A stretch of DNA of 64,000 bases from Octopus sinensis (lineage: Eukaryota), in the NCBI RefSeq assembly GCF_006345805.1, contig NC_043014.1:62001-126000 (forward strand). Reading direction: 5' to 3'. The position numbers and the translations under genes are program-made. Shown piece by piece: positions 39,037 to 52,645 of this stretch; the first letter of the stretch is position 1; each line of letters opens with the position of its first letter. The notes under the pieces are model-generated. The model saw nothing but the letters and a program-made list of their open reading frames with translations. It was not told where the DNA came from and ran no database searches.

Positions 39037-40870
39037 CATCATCATTGTTCGACCGTGGTCGAGACAATGGAATTTACTATGCTACGCCAGACTTCACGGT
39101 CCATCATAGCATCAGAGAGGTCCTGTTGCTGGATGCCTGTATCCCTGGAGATTACATCAGAGTAGGAGAGTGTGCGCCCTCTGGTATCATGAGTAGATAG
39201 CTTCCAGAGGAGAAGAGTAGAAATTGCCTCGCTTTCAGCTCTACAACAATGTCCAGCAAACTGGACTCTCCTACCTTTCACAAGAGATTATACAAGTGGT
39301 AGTTTCCCATATAGTTGTACTTTGGTTGGATGACGCTTCCACAAGAGATTTTGAGCTTCTTTGATAATGTCCAGGTTTCTGAGCCATACAGTAGAATTGG
39401 TTCGACTGTGGCTTTGAAGATTTTAAGCTTGAAATCTCTACTTAGATTTGATGACCAGATCTTATGCATATCATTACAGGCTGACCAGACCATACCCTTT
39501 CTAGTTAGAAAATCTTTTCCAGATGATGATATGTATGACCCAAGATATTTGTAATCAGAAACCATATTTAAGGGAGTATTGTTGAGTGTATGGATGATGA
39601 AATCACTGTTGGACAGGCACTTGTTTACATATTCAGTCTTGAATGCATTGAAGTAAAGACCTACACAATTTGAGGCTTGTTCAAGAGATTGTAAAAGAGA
39701 CTGGGCATTGGAGAGAGGATCACTGATAAGAGCAATGTTGTCAGCAAAGTCAGTGTCTGTTAAGTATTCAGCTGGGTGTCTGGAACTTCTAGGTTTTTAT
39801 TTCAAAGCCCTTGCCAGAAATGGTATCAACTGACATACGTAGCACATAGTCAACGACAATGATGAAGAGAAATGGGGCGAGTGTGTCTCCCTGCAGTATT
39901 CCAGCTTTGATTGAGAAAGATGATGTTTCTCCATCAGGGGTTAAGATGGTTGAAGACGTATCTGTGTAGAGGACCTTGATGGCAGAAATGATTTTGTCTG
40001 GAATCCCATAGAGCTTAAGGATTTCAAACATCTTGTACCTATCTACAGAGCTGAACGCTTTAGAAAAGTCTACAAACACCATTGCAAGATCGCAATTAAA
40101 TGCTTTTGATTCTTCAATAAGTCTGCATAGGCATAGTATTTGGCTCAACGTTGAGCGCCCATGTCTGAATCCATTTTGGTTCTTTCGGAGCAAAGGTTCA
40201 ACAAAAAGGACAAGACAGTTTAGAATCAGTTTGTTGTACAATTTTGCAGCCATTGACATTAAAGATATACGCCTGTAGTTGGTGACGAGGGATAAATCGC
40301 CTTTTTGGGGTATTGGGATGATTTGAGATTGGTGCTAGATCTTTGGAGCTATAAAAGTGGAAAGTGTGTGGTTGCAAAGATTGAGCAAAAGTACGTGAAA
40401 TCTACCATCCTTCCAAATTATAGCTGGGATGTTGTCAGGACCAAATGTTTTCGAGGCCTTCAGTTGTTTAGTGGCTGCTGTTAGTTCAAATATGGTAAAA
40501 GGGGAGGTGTTGATGTCCAGCGTATCTGATATAGGCATACTTGGAAGAGTGGGGTTATCAGGGATTTTGGCAGTCTTTCCAAGAAGGTTTTTAAAATGAA
40601 TTGACCAATTTTCTAAACGCTTCTTAGCTGATCCCCCTTTAATTCTAATTGATGACCCAGAAATTTTGCCTGATAGGTCTTTGATGGATTTCCAGGTGAG
40701 ATGGTGTTTTGTACTAATGTGCTCTTTGGATAGGTTGCTAATTTTGCTGTTGATAAAGTTGACCTGGCATTCAAGTAAGCATCATCAAGATTCTTCCTGG
40801 CTGTTATGAGTTGGATCTTCAGTGACGGATGGAGAACGGTGAAGGAGTTTCCTTCAAGATCATGGTGTGT
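39037..40870 (-). mobile_element. 5'-truncated RTE-like LINE with RT domain (pseudogene)
   Basis: YRRISL..MAAKLYNKLIL..NQNGFRHGRST..VDFSKAFSSV..GILQGDTLAPFLF..DFADNIAL..DYKYLGS..LLYGSETW..FAGHC. (gat)n 3' tail at ~39037. Confidence 0.92.
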
Positions 40871-40890
40871 CTCTAATTCATGAAGTCAAT

Positions 40891-40922
<32 letters not shown>

Positions 40923-41974
40923 TGTATGTATGTATGCATGCATGCATGCATGCATGTATGTATGCATGTATGTATGTATGTATGTATGTATGATGTATGT
41001 ATGTATGTATGCATGTATGTATGTACATACATATGATTTTTCAGGGTGATCTGAAGCACATAAAATACAACTTGGCTCATTGCAAGTTTGCATCAATCAA
41101 TGTTGAAATGTCAAGTTTCTAACAAGTACACATGCTGGAGTTAGCTACTTATTAGAGTGCTTGAAGTTCAATGTCTGCAAAGACAAGTGAACTTTTTGGC
41201 CAATATATACATATATATATATAACTAATAAGAAGTAAAAGGGATTAATAAATCCAGTCACTGTGTTAAACAAATTTGGTTAACTATACCAAACAATCAG
41301 ATACCAATAAATGCAAGTAAATCCAAATATTGCTGAGAAGAATTTCAAGGAATTCAGCATATAAGACAAGAATAAGAACGGAGAAAAACCCATCTTTTAT
41401 TGGGGATTACACCATGCATTACCAATGACTGTTTCTCTTGTGACAGCGTATTTAGATACTGAAAAAGCTATAAAATACCAGTCACGTTGATATATTCCAA
41501 AATATATGCTAACACATTATCAAGGCAAATACAAAATGGATTAAATTCAAAGTGAACTAAGAAAATACTTCTAATAGACAAATGCTCCTACAATATATAT
41601 ATATTTATATATATATATATATATATATGTCATACAGATGTACTGTATGATTCAGATGTGTAAGGTAAATACTGCAGTGAGAAGAATATTCAGTCTTTCT
41701 ATTTAAAAGCCTTTTTCTTTTTTTTATTTCCGTGGTACTAAATAATATTTCCTAATCCTGTGTTTAAATAGACTTAATATCTTGTCTCTTGCCATCAGTA
41801 GCAGTAAGGCAGAACAGATGCCATGGACAAGAAATGTTTCATCATCATCACCACCACCGCCTCTAAAGATAATACTCTCTCCTCTCCCTCTCCCCAATTT
41901 CCTTCATTCTTTCTTTTTCCTGCTTGTGCTTGTTCATTTTTTTTTATCTCTTCCACCTACACATATAGTCTTTA

Positions 41975-42525
41975 ATAATAATAATGATAATAATAATGAA
42001 ATTATTGTATACAGTGCTCAGGTGCACCACAACTTGTCAAAAGTGCATATAAAGCATATGCAGTAATGTACAAATGTCTGGGAAGTGAACAGTGTATGAG
42101 TCAGATACATGCTTGCGTGTGTATGGAGGGGAGAAAATCAGGTGTAGTGTTGGTGAATCTCAGAAAGCATGGAAGTTTTCAAGGATGCAGTGCTCCGACA
42201 ACTAACAACTAATGCTGGCAGTTTGTTCCATGCTTCAGCAACTCTCAACGTGAAAAAATGTTTCCAAAAGTCATGGGAGCTGTGCTGTTTTCTGACTTTG
42301 TAAACATGTCCACGGGTGTTAGACAGGTGGAGTTTGAAAAGGTGCTCAGAGTTAGTGTTAGTAAGATGGTTAATAATTTCATGGGTGTCTGCCAAGTCAG
42401 CTGCCAGACATTGGAGTTTCAAGGTATCCATGCCCAGAGAAGTAAGGCGTTCAGAATATGGCAAATGCCTGATGAAGGGTATTCTCTTGGTTGCACGTCG
42501 CTGAACGGTTTCCAGACGATTAATT
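41975..42525 (-). mobile_element. CR1-type LINE 3' end
   Basis: MPYSERLTSLGMDTLKLQCLAADL..TRGHVYKVRKQHSSHDFWKHFFTLRVAEAWNKLP, followed by a (tta)n tail. Confidence 0.85.
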
Positions 42526-43832
42526 AATTAGTCTTATCACCTGTATTCATTCAACGTCTTAGTTGGTTTTAGAAAACCATTTTAATTCCAATAATCAAAT
42601 CTTTGAATGAAGATAATTTTTCCCTTTTAAACAATATATTGTTTTACAATTCCTGGAATAATTTACCATTATTTACAACAGTCAAAATTTCAATTTTGAA
42701 ATACATTTTTTTTTCACTATCCATTATTTTTTATAAACTTGGTCCTATATTTTTTGTAATGTTTATTTAAGTACAAAGCAAATATAATAACTCTTTTCTT
42801 TAATAATTAAAATGTTAATTTGTCTAATTAGTAGTAAAATGTCACAATTTATGGAAACATCTGCAGTTTTATTCTTTGTTTTATATCTTTTTTCATCATT
42901 ATTTGTTTAAAATGTTTGATATCATAGTTATCATTTACAAAGTTATAGTAATCATCAGCAAAAATTAACATGAATTTGTATAAATTAGTCCAAAAAGGAA
43001 ATATGAGTATTACATTAGTGTATTTCATATTAATTATTAAATTATGATTTACGTCGAACCGTCCAACCCATGCTAGCATGGAGAACGGACATTAAACGAT
43101 GATGATGATGATGATTTTGAAAATCCTTCTGTGGTAACAGACTTGATAATGTTAAGAATTTTGCTTCTCAACAATAGGTTCATTTCCACTATGTGGTGCC
43201 TTGAACCAATGTCTTATACTATAGTCATGGATTGACAAATAGTTTGTGAGTATTTTGATTGACAGAAACTGTGCAAACCCCACTGTGTGTGTGAATATAT
43301 TGGTGTAAAATCTCAGCAGCAAATAATATGTTGAGGTAGTGATTTACATTGAGTTATGTCCCTTTATGCTTAAAGTTAAACTTAATGATTCCCTAAACAA
43401 AGTTCAATAAATACTCGACGTAATTCTGGGTTTGATATAAAACCTTGAAGTTATACTCCAACATGATCACAAGACTGTGAATGTAAAGACAGAGTCCAGT
43501 TGTTGACCAGATGGGATCAAATTAATATTGAGGAACCCTCTTCAGGACTGCTCACCCTACAAAAATTTGCAGTAAAATCTCCATAAAGCCACACTCTACT
43601 ATTTCGAAAAAAGGAAGAACAGATTGGAAACGGTTGTCATCATAAATACATTACATGTGACAAAATAGACATGTTGGTCATGTTGGACTACCTTTGATCA
43701 TGGAGTTCTGGAGTTCTGACTCATCAAAGATGACCTGGAGGTAGTCAACAAAGTCATTACCTTTTGTGTCAACAAGAATGCTCCTAATCTCCCTCAGCAG
43801 GAAGAATTCTTGTTAGTGTGTATATGCACAAC

Positions 43833-45058
43833 TATTGGATCCCATAAATAATGCAGTTTTTTTTATACTTCTTTTATTATTCAAAATTAAAATAAACAAA
43901 GTTCTTTTGTAATCTAAAATATACTCTCCTTCATTTTCTACAATGCTCTTCCATCTATCAGGTAGACTTGCAAGGTCCCTCTTCCAAAATTCATTTTGTC
44001 TGTGACAGAAAATACTCCTCCAGTACTATTCTACAGAATTCATATTTTTTCCATCCAAATGATTTTGAAGACTGTAGAATAAATGATAATCAGATGGGGC
44101 AATGTCCAGTGAATATGGTGGGTTGGGCATTGTTTCCCATTCAAACTGCTCCAACCTTTGGAATGTCATCCTCGCTGTATGTGGCCAAGCATTATCCTGA
44201 TGGAAGAACATCTTTCGTCATGAAACCAAAGATGGTCGTTTTATTTCTAGCATTGACTTAAGCCACTCAAGCTGCTCACAGTAGATCTCCTTTGTTATCG
44301 TTTTGGTTTGGATTTAAAAGTTCAAATAGACTAAACCATTCACATCACACCAAAAAGATAGCAACAACATATGTGGGTGAAGACCTTCCTTAGCCTGAGG
44401 TGCTGGTGTTTCTCCTCTCCCTACCCACTGCCTTCAGCATTTGACATTTTCACACAGAGAACCCATTTCTCGTCACTAGTCACTTTTCGGTCCCAAAAAG
44501 GTTCATTCATGAGATGTGACAGCAAAGAAGAGCACACATTCACTCTCTGCACAGGGTTAGACTTGGAAAATTTGTGAGGAATACATTGACGCAATTTTCT
44601 GACTTTTCCAATGGCGTGCAGGTGTCAAGGAATGGTTCAATAACCAAATCCAAGCTTCTCTGTTAGTTCCTCAACAGTTACAATGGGATTTTGCTCCACC
44701 AAGGTTTGCAGGATGTCTTTGTCAAGCGCTACACATCTTTCAGGACAAGGCTCATCTTCAAGGCTGTGCTTTCCAGCTTGGAATTTCTGGAATCACTGGC
44801 TTACACTTATTGTCTGGTTATTAATACACCAGGCTGACTGTAACTGTTTAGAACATTTCAGTCATATGAAGCACCATTATTGTATTGTCGTTAGCAGTAA
44901 AGTTTTGATAAAGAAGAAGAATCAGGTTCCCTTTTAGGCAATGCATGCATGCAAAAATATAACATAGAAAGGGATTTATTATTTCGTTTATTTTAATTTC
45001 TGAGGATAAAGTAGGTTAAAAAAACATTTGCAATAAAATCATTTTTATATGACCAATA
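43833..45058 (-). mobile_element. near full-length degenerate mariner (DD34D)
   Basis: WFQKFQAG..SLEDEP..CIPHKF..VTSDEKW..HQDNAWPHTA..PPYSLDIAPSDYHLFYSLQN. Imperfect tattgg...ccaata ends; ~1.2 kb. Confidence 0.88.
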
Positions 45059-45129
45059 TTTCTAAAGATACCTGTTGTTGCAAAAGTTAGCCTGTACGCA
45101 GAGGGTTTTGTAATCTATCAGTCATCTTG

Positions 45130-45173
45130 TATGTTGAAATATGTGATATATATAATATATGTATGTGTATATA

Positions 45174-45243
<70 letters not shown>

Positions 45244-45526
45244 ATATATGGATATATGTGTGTGTGTGTGTGGGTGTATATATGGATATGTGTGTGTGTG
45301 TGTGTATATGGATATGTGTGTGTGTGTGTGTGTATATATGGATATATATGTGTGTGTGTGTGTGTGTGTATATATGGATATATATATGTGTGTGTGTGTG
45401 TATATATATGGATATATATATATGTGTGTGTGTGTGTGGTGTGTGTGTGTGTATATGGATATATATATGTGTGTGTGTGTGTATATATATGGATATATAT
45501 ATATGTGTGTGTGTGTGTGTATATTA

Positions 45527-45568
<42 letters not shown>

Positions 45569-45640
45569 GTGTGTGTGTGTGTGTATTATATATGTATATA
45601 TATATTATATATATATATATATATAATTATATATATATAT
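45130..45640. repeat. compound (TG)n/(TA)n minisatellite with a recurring tatatggata unit
   Basis: Several higher-order repeats of (tg)n-tatatggata-(ta)n. Confidence 0.85.
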
Positions 45641-45956
45641 AAAGAAAAAAAAGCATTCGTGAAGTAAAATCACGTAGTAACACCAAATGGCAGTGTCCCA
45701 GCATGGCCACAGCTCATGAGCTGAAACTAGATAAAATGAAAAAAATTATATATATATATATACAAAATAAGAAAATGGAGGAATAGATTCCTTTCAATCA
45801 TCAACTTCCAGATAATACCAATTCATATAATTTATTAACTAATTAATTAACTAATTTATTGTTAAAGCAATGTTTGCAAAGATTGTATATATATATATTA
45901 TATATAATTATATCTAAATATGCAAAGATTGTATATATATATATATATATATATTA

Positions 45957-47650
45957 TTAGCAGATTTGCCCGGCATTGCTCGGGGCTGAATTGCTTGAAA
46001 GTACTGTTAATGACTGCAGTGAATTATGATGATTATTCAGGCAAATATTGATATAAGTTTACGGCAAATGAATGTATTTGTAAGTGTATAAGAAAGCCGT
46101 GTAAAGGGGTTCCTCCCTCCTCGTAGAATGGTGTAAGAATCGAATGCGAGGTTGCACACCTGGCCCTGGACCTTCAAAGTAGGCATCCAACCAGTTTCTC
46201 TGACAACGTTAACCCCGAAAGAAGTCATCTGAAATGCACAATTGTACTTCCTGACGAGTTGAAGGAATTTTGATGACCTTGAGGTGGAACCATTAAGTAA
46301 TTCCTTCAAAGGGTCTGGCAGCTCCCGAAGAGGGGGCAAGCTGACCTTACCGTTTAAGCAGCACATTGCAGGTAGTTCCCTAGCCCACTTTTTAGCATTG
46401 CAGAATTGGCAATTGAAGCACATTTCCCCAATATTTATGTCAGCGTGCATCGAGTAATTGAAGTTGGGCTCATACTTGAAAGCCCGTAGATGCGAGTAAG
46501 GGCTGTTTGGACTCGTCAGACTGTGAATAGCCTTGCGCCGTCGACTGTTCCACTGGAATGTAGAAGGTTGCTGGTCTGAGTCGTGGGAATGTGTCGCATG
46601 AGTAGCAGAAGCGAAGTTTGCAATGGTAATGTACTGGCCGTCTGCATGTTGAGAAGGCATGGAAGCAGTGCAATGCGCCTCGTTCGTATGAAGGTGAGTG
46701 GTCGGTAGTTGTAAATGTTCCAAAAATGTTGAAGCAGCATTAGCCGCAGCATTTGTAGCCAGTTGAGTGGCCCTTTGTGCAGCAACAGCAGCAGCCTTTA
46801 TGGCCATGCGCTTCGACCTTGTTTCCGAACCCTCTGAAGCCCTGGAAGCAGCATCGTATGAAGCCACTTTTGCTCGGCATGTGTTGCGCTGTTGTAAATT
46901 TTCAGCAGCTCGTGATTCTGCTGAACGTAAGGCACTCTGTGAAAGTCTGAAAGCGTTTTTGTCGGAAGACTCGTTTGCAATAATCGCCTTTTGCGCCGCT
47001 GCTGCTGCAGCATGGCGGCCGAGGCAACTTCTCTTTTTCGGTGTCATTTTATGTGAAAAAGAAAGGGTGAAAGTTACTTAAAGATAGAAATTGTAATGTG
47101 AATGAAATGTGGAAAAATGTTGACCGTGGCAGGAAAAGAAAGAAATATTTGCAGCTGAAAGAAATTGTTTATGCAAGTATAGCGAAAGAGTGTGTAAAGT
47201 GTATTGAAACTTGAGTTAAAAGCAAGAAAATAAAGTGAGATTTGTAAGAATGAAAGTAGTTTACGTACATGTTCCAAATGGCAAGTGTTTTAGTTGTTTA
47301 ATGAAATATTTGTGTAAAGTGTCTAGAAACATAAATTGAAAAAGAAAATGAAGTGAAATTTTTAAGAAAGGAATTTGTTTACATACATGTGTCAAATGGC
47401 AAATGTTTGTGCAGTTGTCCGAAATGGAACCAGGGTAAATGTGTGGAACTGATGTATTATAATGAATAGTCCATCTCGTTGTGGTGTGTCATGGTGTGTG
47501 TTAAGTACGGTATATATAATGTGGTTGCAGCTATAAAAATGGACATAGGGCAGCAGCGTTTGTAGGTAGATAGGTGATCCTCTGTTGATTTTACTTTCGG
47601 CTGACGTAGCTGAGGTCGTAGGTGAAAGGGATAGAATCAATCAGTTTGAT
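45957..47650 (-). mobile_element. young non-autonomous Helitron derivative
   Basis: Minus-strand 3' end cccgagcaatgccggg-caaatctg-CTAA|T (CTRR at +45957-45960). Carries a Rep N-terminal ORF. The 5' end is not firmly located. Confidence 0.8.
46037..47047 (-). CDS. intact 336-aa ORF: Helitron RepHel N-terminus (Ala/Arg-rich repeats + Cys-rich Zn motif) fused to 3' terminal sequence
   Basis: CFNCQFCNAKKWARELPAMCCLNGKVSLPPL..FLQLVRKYNCAFQMTSFG..GWMPTLKVQGQV is typical of the Helitron pre-Rep region. Resemblance stops at ~46157. Confidence 0.8.
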   Translation of the reverse strand: MTPKKRSCLGRHAAAAAAQKAIIANESSDKNAFRLSQSALRSAESRAAENLQQRNTCRAKVASYDAASRASEGSETRSKRMAIKAAAVAAQRATQLATNAAANAASTFLEHLQLPTTHLHTNEAHCTASMPSQHADGQYITIANFASATHATHSHDSDQQPSTFQWNSRRRKAIHSLTSPNSPYSHLRAFKYEPNFNYSMHADINIGEMCFNCQFCNAKKWARELPAMCCLNGKVSLPPLRELPDPLKELLNGSTSRSSKFLQLVRKYNCAFQMTSFGVNVVRETGWMPTLKVQGQVCNLAFDSYTILRGGRNPFTRLSYTLTNTFICRKLISIFA

Positions 47651-47714
47651 ATTTAATACACTAGGTAAGTTAATTGCATTGCAATAAAAAAACACTTGTG
47701 TCTTAATAATTGGG

Positions 47715-48330
47715 TATTATAGCTTACATTCTGCATAGAGGCTATCTTCTTCGTGTAGCTACGCTGGATCGCCTCGAGCTCTGTGATCAACTTGACACTG
47801 GATGGTGACCATAACTGAGAGCAATAGTCAAAGTGGCTTAGGACAAGTGTCCTCCAGAGGACCATCATGGTTTCTTGTTCTCTTGTTCTAAAAGGTTCTG
47901 AGAATCCATCCAGCCAGCCGTCTACATTTTATTGCCAGTTTAGCAACATGTACATGAAAGGTCACGTCATCACTCATGTGAATACCCAGGTCACGCACTG
48001 ATTGTGCCTCTGGGATTGCAATCCCTCCAGGTCCAGTGTATTCATTGGGTGTTGCATTCAGTTTTGCATGCTGATAGTATAAAGCTTGAAACTTTTCAGC
48101 ATTGAACTCCATGCTATTCTTTTCAGCCCACTTGTATATTTCGTCCAGCTCACATTGCAGGTGCTTAGTGTCTTCAGGGTTCTGTATTGCCTGTGAAACT
48201 TTTGTATCATCTGCATAACTTGTGATCGTGGCTCTCTGCGTGGCTGAGGGCATGTCTGAGAGGGCCATTATGAACAGTAGTGGTCCCAAAACAGTGCCCT
48301 GCGGAACACCGCTCACTATTTGTGTGTTAA
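47715..48330 (-). mobile_element. CR1-type LINE RT fragment
   Basis: SGVPQGTVLGPLLF..YADDTK..RDLGIHMS..LWRTLVLSHFDYCSQLWSP..LEAIQRSYTK. Confidence 0.92.
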
Positions 48331-48357
48331 TGGAAGCCATATATATATATATATATA

Positions 48358-48687
48358 TGGCTCAGTGGTTAGAGCGTCGAGCTTACGATCGTGAGGTTGT
48401 GAGCTCGAATCCCGGACCGGGCTGCGTGTTGTGTTCTTGAGCAAGACACTTTATTTCACGTTGCTCCAGTTCGCTCAGCTGTAGAAATGAGTTGCGATGT
48501 CACAGGTGCCAAGCTGTATCGACCTTGCCTTTCCCTTGGACAACATCGGTGACGTGGAGAGGGGAGGCCGGTATGCATGGGCGACTGCTGGTCTTCCATA
48601 AAACAACCTTGCCCGGACTTGTGCCTTAGAGGGTAACTCTCTAGGTGCAAACCCATGGTCAGTGTCTGACCGAAGGGGGTCACCACC
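48358..48687 (+). mobile_element. tRNA-derived SINE (third family)
   Basis: tggctcagtggttagagcg (A box)..gagctcgaatccc (B-box-like)..gtgttgtgttcttgagcaagacactttatttcacg. Confidence 0.85.
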
Positions 48688-48767
48688 ATATATATATATA
48701 ATTAATAAGTTTGAAAATGGAGAGATTCAATGGATATAAATTAATTTATTAATTAAATATTTATATA

Positions 48768-50517
<1,750 letters not shown>

Positions 50518-50585
50518 ATATATATGTCTGTGTGTGTGTGTGTATATATGTATATGTATATGTATGTTAAATATGTATGTATATA

Positions 50586-51152
50586 CACTTGCGTTGGAAA
50601 TTAATTAGCACTTCTCAAATTTCTACATTTTCTTACATTTTCTTAATTTAATTAACTTATTATCAGAAACAAACTCGATTTTAATCAAAAATTTATTAAA
50701 ACATATCCCAGCACACCACATAATTGTTATTAATCGTGAAATTTAGTCAATATCTTGTTGCACCTCCTTTGGCAGCAATGACAGCTGCTACGCCGGTCGG
50801 CATGCTGTCTATGAGTGCCTGCAGGTACTGTGCAGGGATGGCTTCTCATGCAGCAAGAAGTGCCCCAAACAGCTCGTGTCGGTTCCTGTATTGCTGCACA
50901 TTCAAATCCCTACCCAATCGACTCCAGAGGTTCTCAATAGGGTTCAGGTCAGGTGACTGGCCAGCACGTACTCCTCGCCACCAAAGAGGTATCCCGTACT
51001 ATCTCAACGTACTTTGCTGCGTTGATGTTGCCTTCGATGGCATAGAGCCGCCCAACACCACTGTAGCTGAACGCCCCTCACACCATCAGACCACCCCCAC
51101 CATGCTTCATGGTGAGCAAATCAAGGGTGCTAATTAATTTCTGACAGTAGTG
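50586..51152 (-). mobile_element. Tc1-like deletion derivative with both TIRs
   Basis: TA|cact..gaaattaattagcac ... gtgctaattaatttc..agtg|TA. Minus strand TMKHGGGGLMV.GAFSYSGVG..QSPDLNPIENLW..IDSMP..VIAAKGGATRY*. Confidence 0.9.
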
Positions 51153-51272
51153 TATATATATATATATATGTATATATATACATATGTATGTATATATGTA
51201 TATGTATACATATGTATGTATATATACATATGTATATATATGTACATAAGTAGATATATATATATACATATG

Positions 51273-51600
51273 AAACACTGAAATGTTCAGAAAACAACTT
51301 CTGCCACATTCCAGGGAGAAAAACTAGAAGTAGTTGATAAATTCCGTTACCTAGGTGACCAAGTCAGTAGTGGGGGAGGGTGCACTGAAAGTGAAGAGCT
51401 AGAATAAGAATAGCCTGGGCAAAGTTCAGAGAGCTCTTACCTCTGCTGGTGACAAAGGGCCTATTGCTCAGAGTAAAAGGTAGACTGTGTGATGCATGTG
51501 TACGAACAGCCATGCCACATGCCAGTGAAACATGGGCTGTGACTGCTGAGGACATGCGTAAGCTCACAAGAAATGAAGCCAGTATGCACCGATGGATGTG
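51273..51600 (+). mobile_element. RTE LINE RT/thumb fragment
   Basis: ..EKLEVVDKFRYLGDQVSSGGG..RIRIAWAKFRELLPLLVTKG..VRTAM..SETWAVTAEDMRKL. Confidence 0.88.
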
Positions 51601-51929
51601 TTCTTGCTCGGATGGTGTTCTTGGCACCCTACTAGTACAGGCATAAGTGCCAGTAAGGCAACGCTAGTAACGATCATACTCGAATAGCGGTTCTGTCAAC
51701 GATCACACTCGTATGGTGCTCTTTGCACCCCGCTAGCATGGATGCCAGCCATCAAAATGATTTTTGATTTTGATTTTGATTTCACTTGCCTCAACAGGTC
51801 TTTGCAAGCAGAGTTTACTGACCAAAGAAGGAAAAGCTATGCATAAGCGGGCTGGTTATGCTCCTGGCATAGGCCACGGGTTATGGTTTCATCTGGCTTG
51901 CCGGGTCTTCTCGAGCACAGCATATTTCC

Positions 51930-52585
51930 AAAAGTCTCAGTCACTAGTCATTTCCTTCGTGAGGCCTAATGTTTGAAGGTCGTGCTTCACCACTTCATCC
52001 CAGGTCTTCCTGGGTCTACCTCTTCCACAGGTTCCATCAACCACTAGAGTGTGGCACTTTTTCACACAGCTAGCCTCATCCATTCTCACCACATGACCAT
52101 ACCAGCACAGTCATCTCTCTTGCACACCACATCTAATGCTTCTTAGGTCCAACTTTTCTCTCAAGGTACTTACACTCTGTCGAGTATGCACACTGACATT
52201 ACACATCCATCGGATCATACTGGTTTCATTCCTTGCGAGCTTACGCATATCCTCAGCAGTCACAGCCCATGTTTCACTGCCGTGTAGCATGGCTGTTCGT
52301 ACACATGCATCATACAGTCTTCCTTTTACTCTGAGCGATAGGCCCTTTGTCACCAGCAGAGGTAAGAGCTCTCTGAACTTTGCCCAAGCTATTCTTATTC
52401 TAGCAACTACACTTTCAGTGCACCCTCCTCTGCTACTGATTTGGTCACCTAGATAACGGAAGCTATCAACTACTTCTAGCTTTTCTCTCTGGAACGTGGC
52501 AGAAGTTGGTCTCTGCGCATTTTCAGTGTTTATCGCTCCCGAGCATCTGCCACATACAAAAACTGTCTTCCCAGTTAGCCTTCCT
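51930..52585 (-). mobile_element. RTE LINE RT/thumb fragment, inverted relative to 51273-51600
   Basis: FRYLGDQISSRGGC..RIAWAKFRELLPLLVTKGLSLRVKGRLYDACVRTAMLHGSETWAV..LREKLDLRSIRCGVQER. Confidence 0.9.
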
Positions 52586-52608
52586 TTATCTTCCTTTATA
52601 ATAATATA

Positions 52609-52645
<37 letters not shown>

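Noticed and set aside
48358-48430. tRNA gene (also 13880-13950 and the family B heads)
   Set aside because: These are tRNA-like heads continuing into SINE bodies, with no complete acceptor stem or Pol III terminator.
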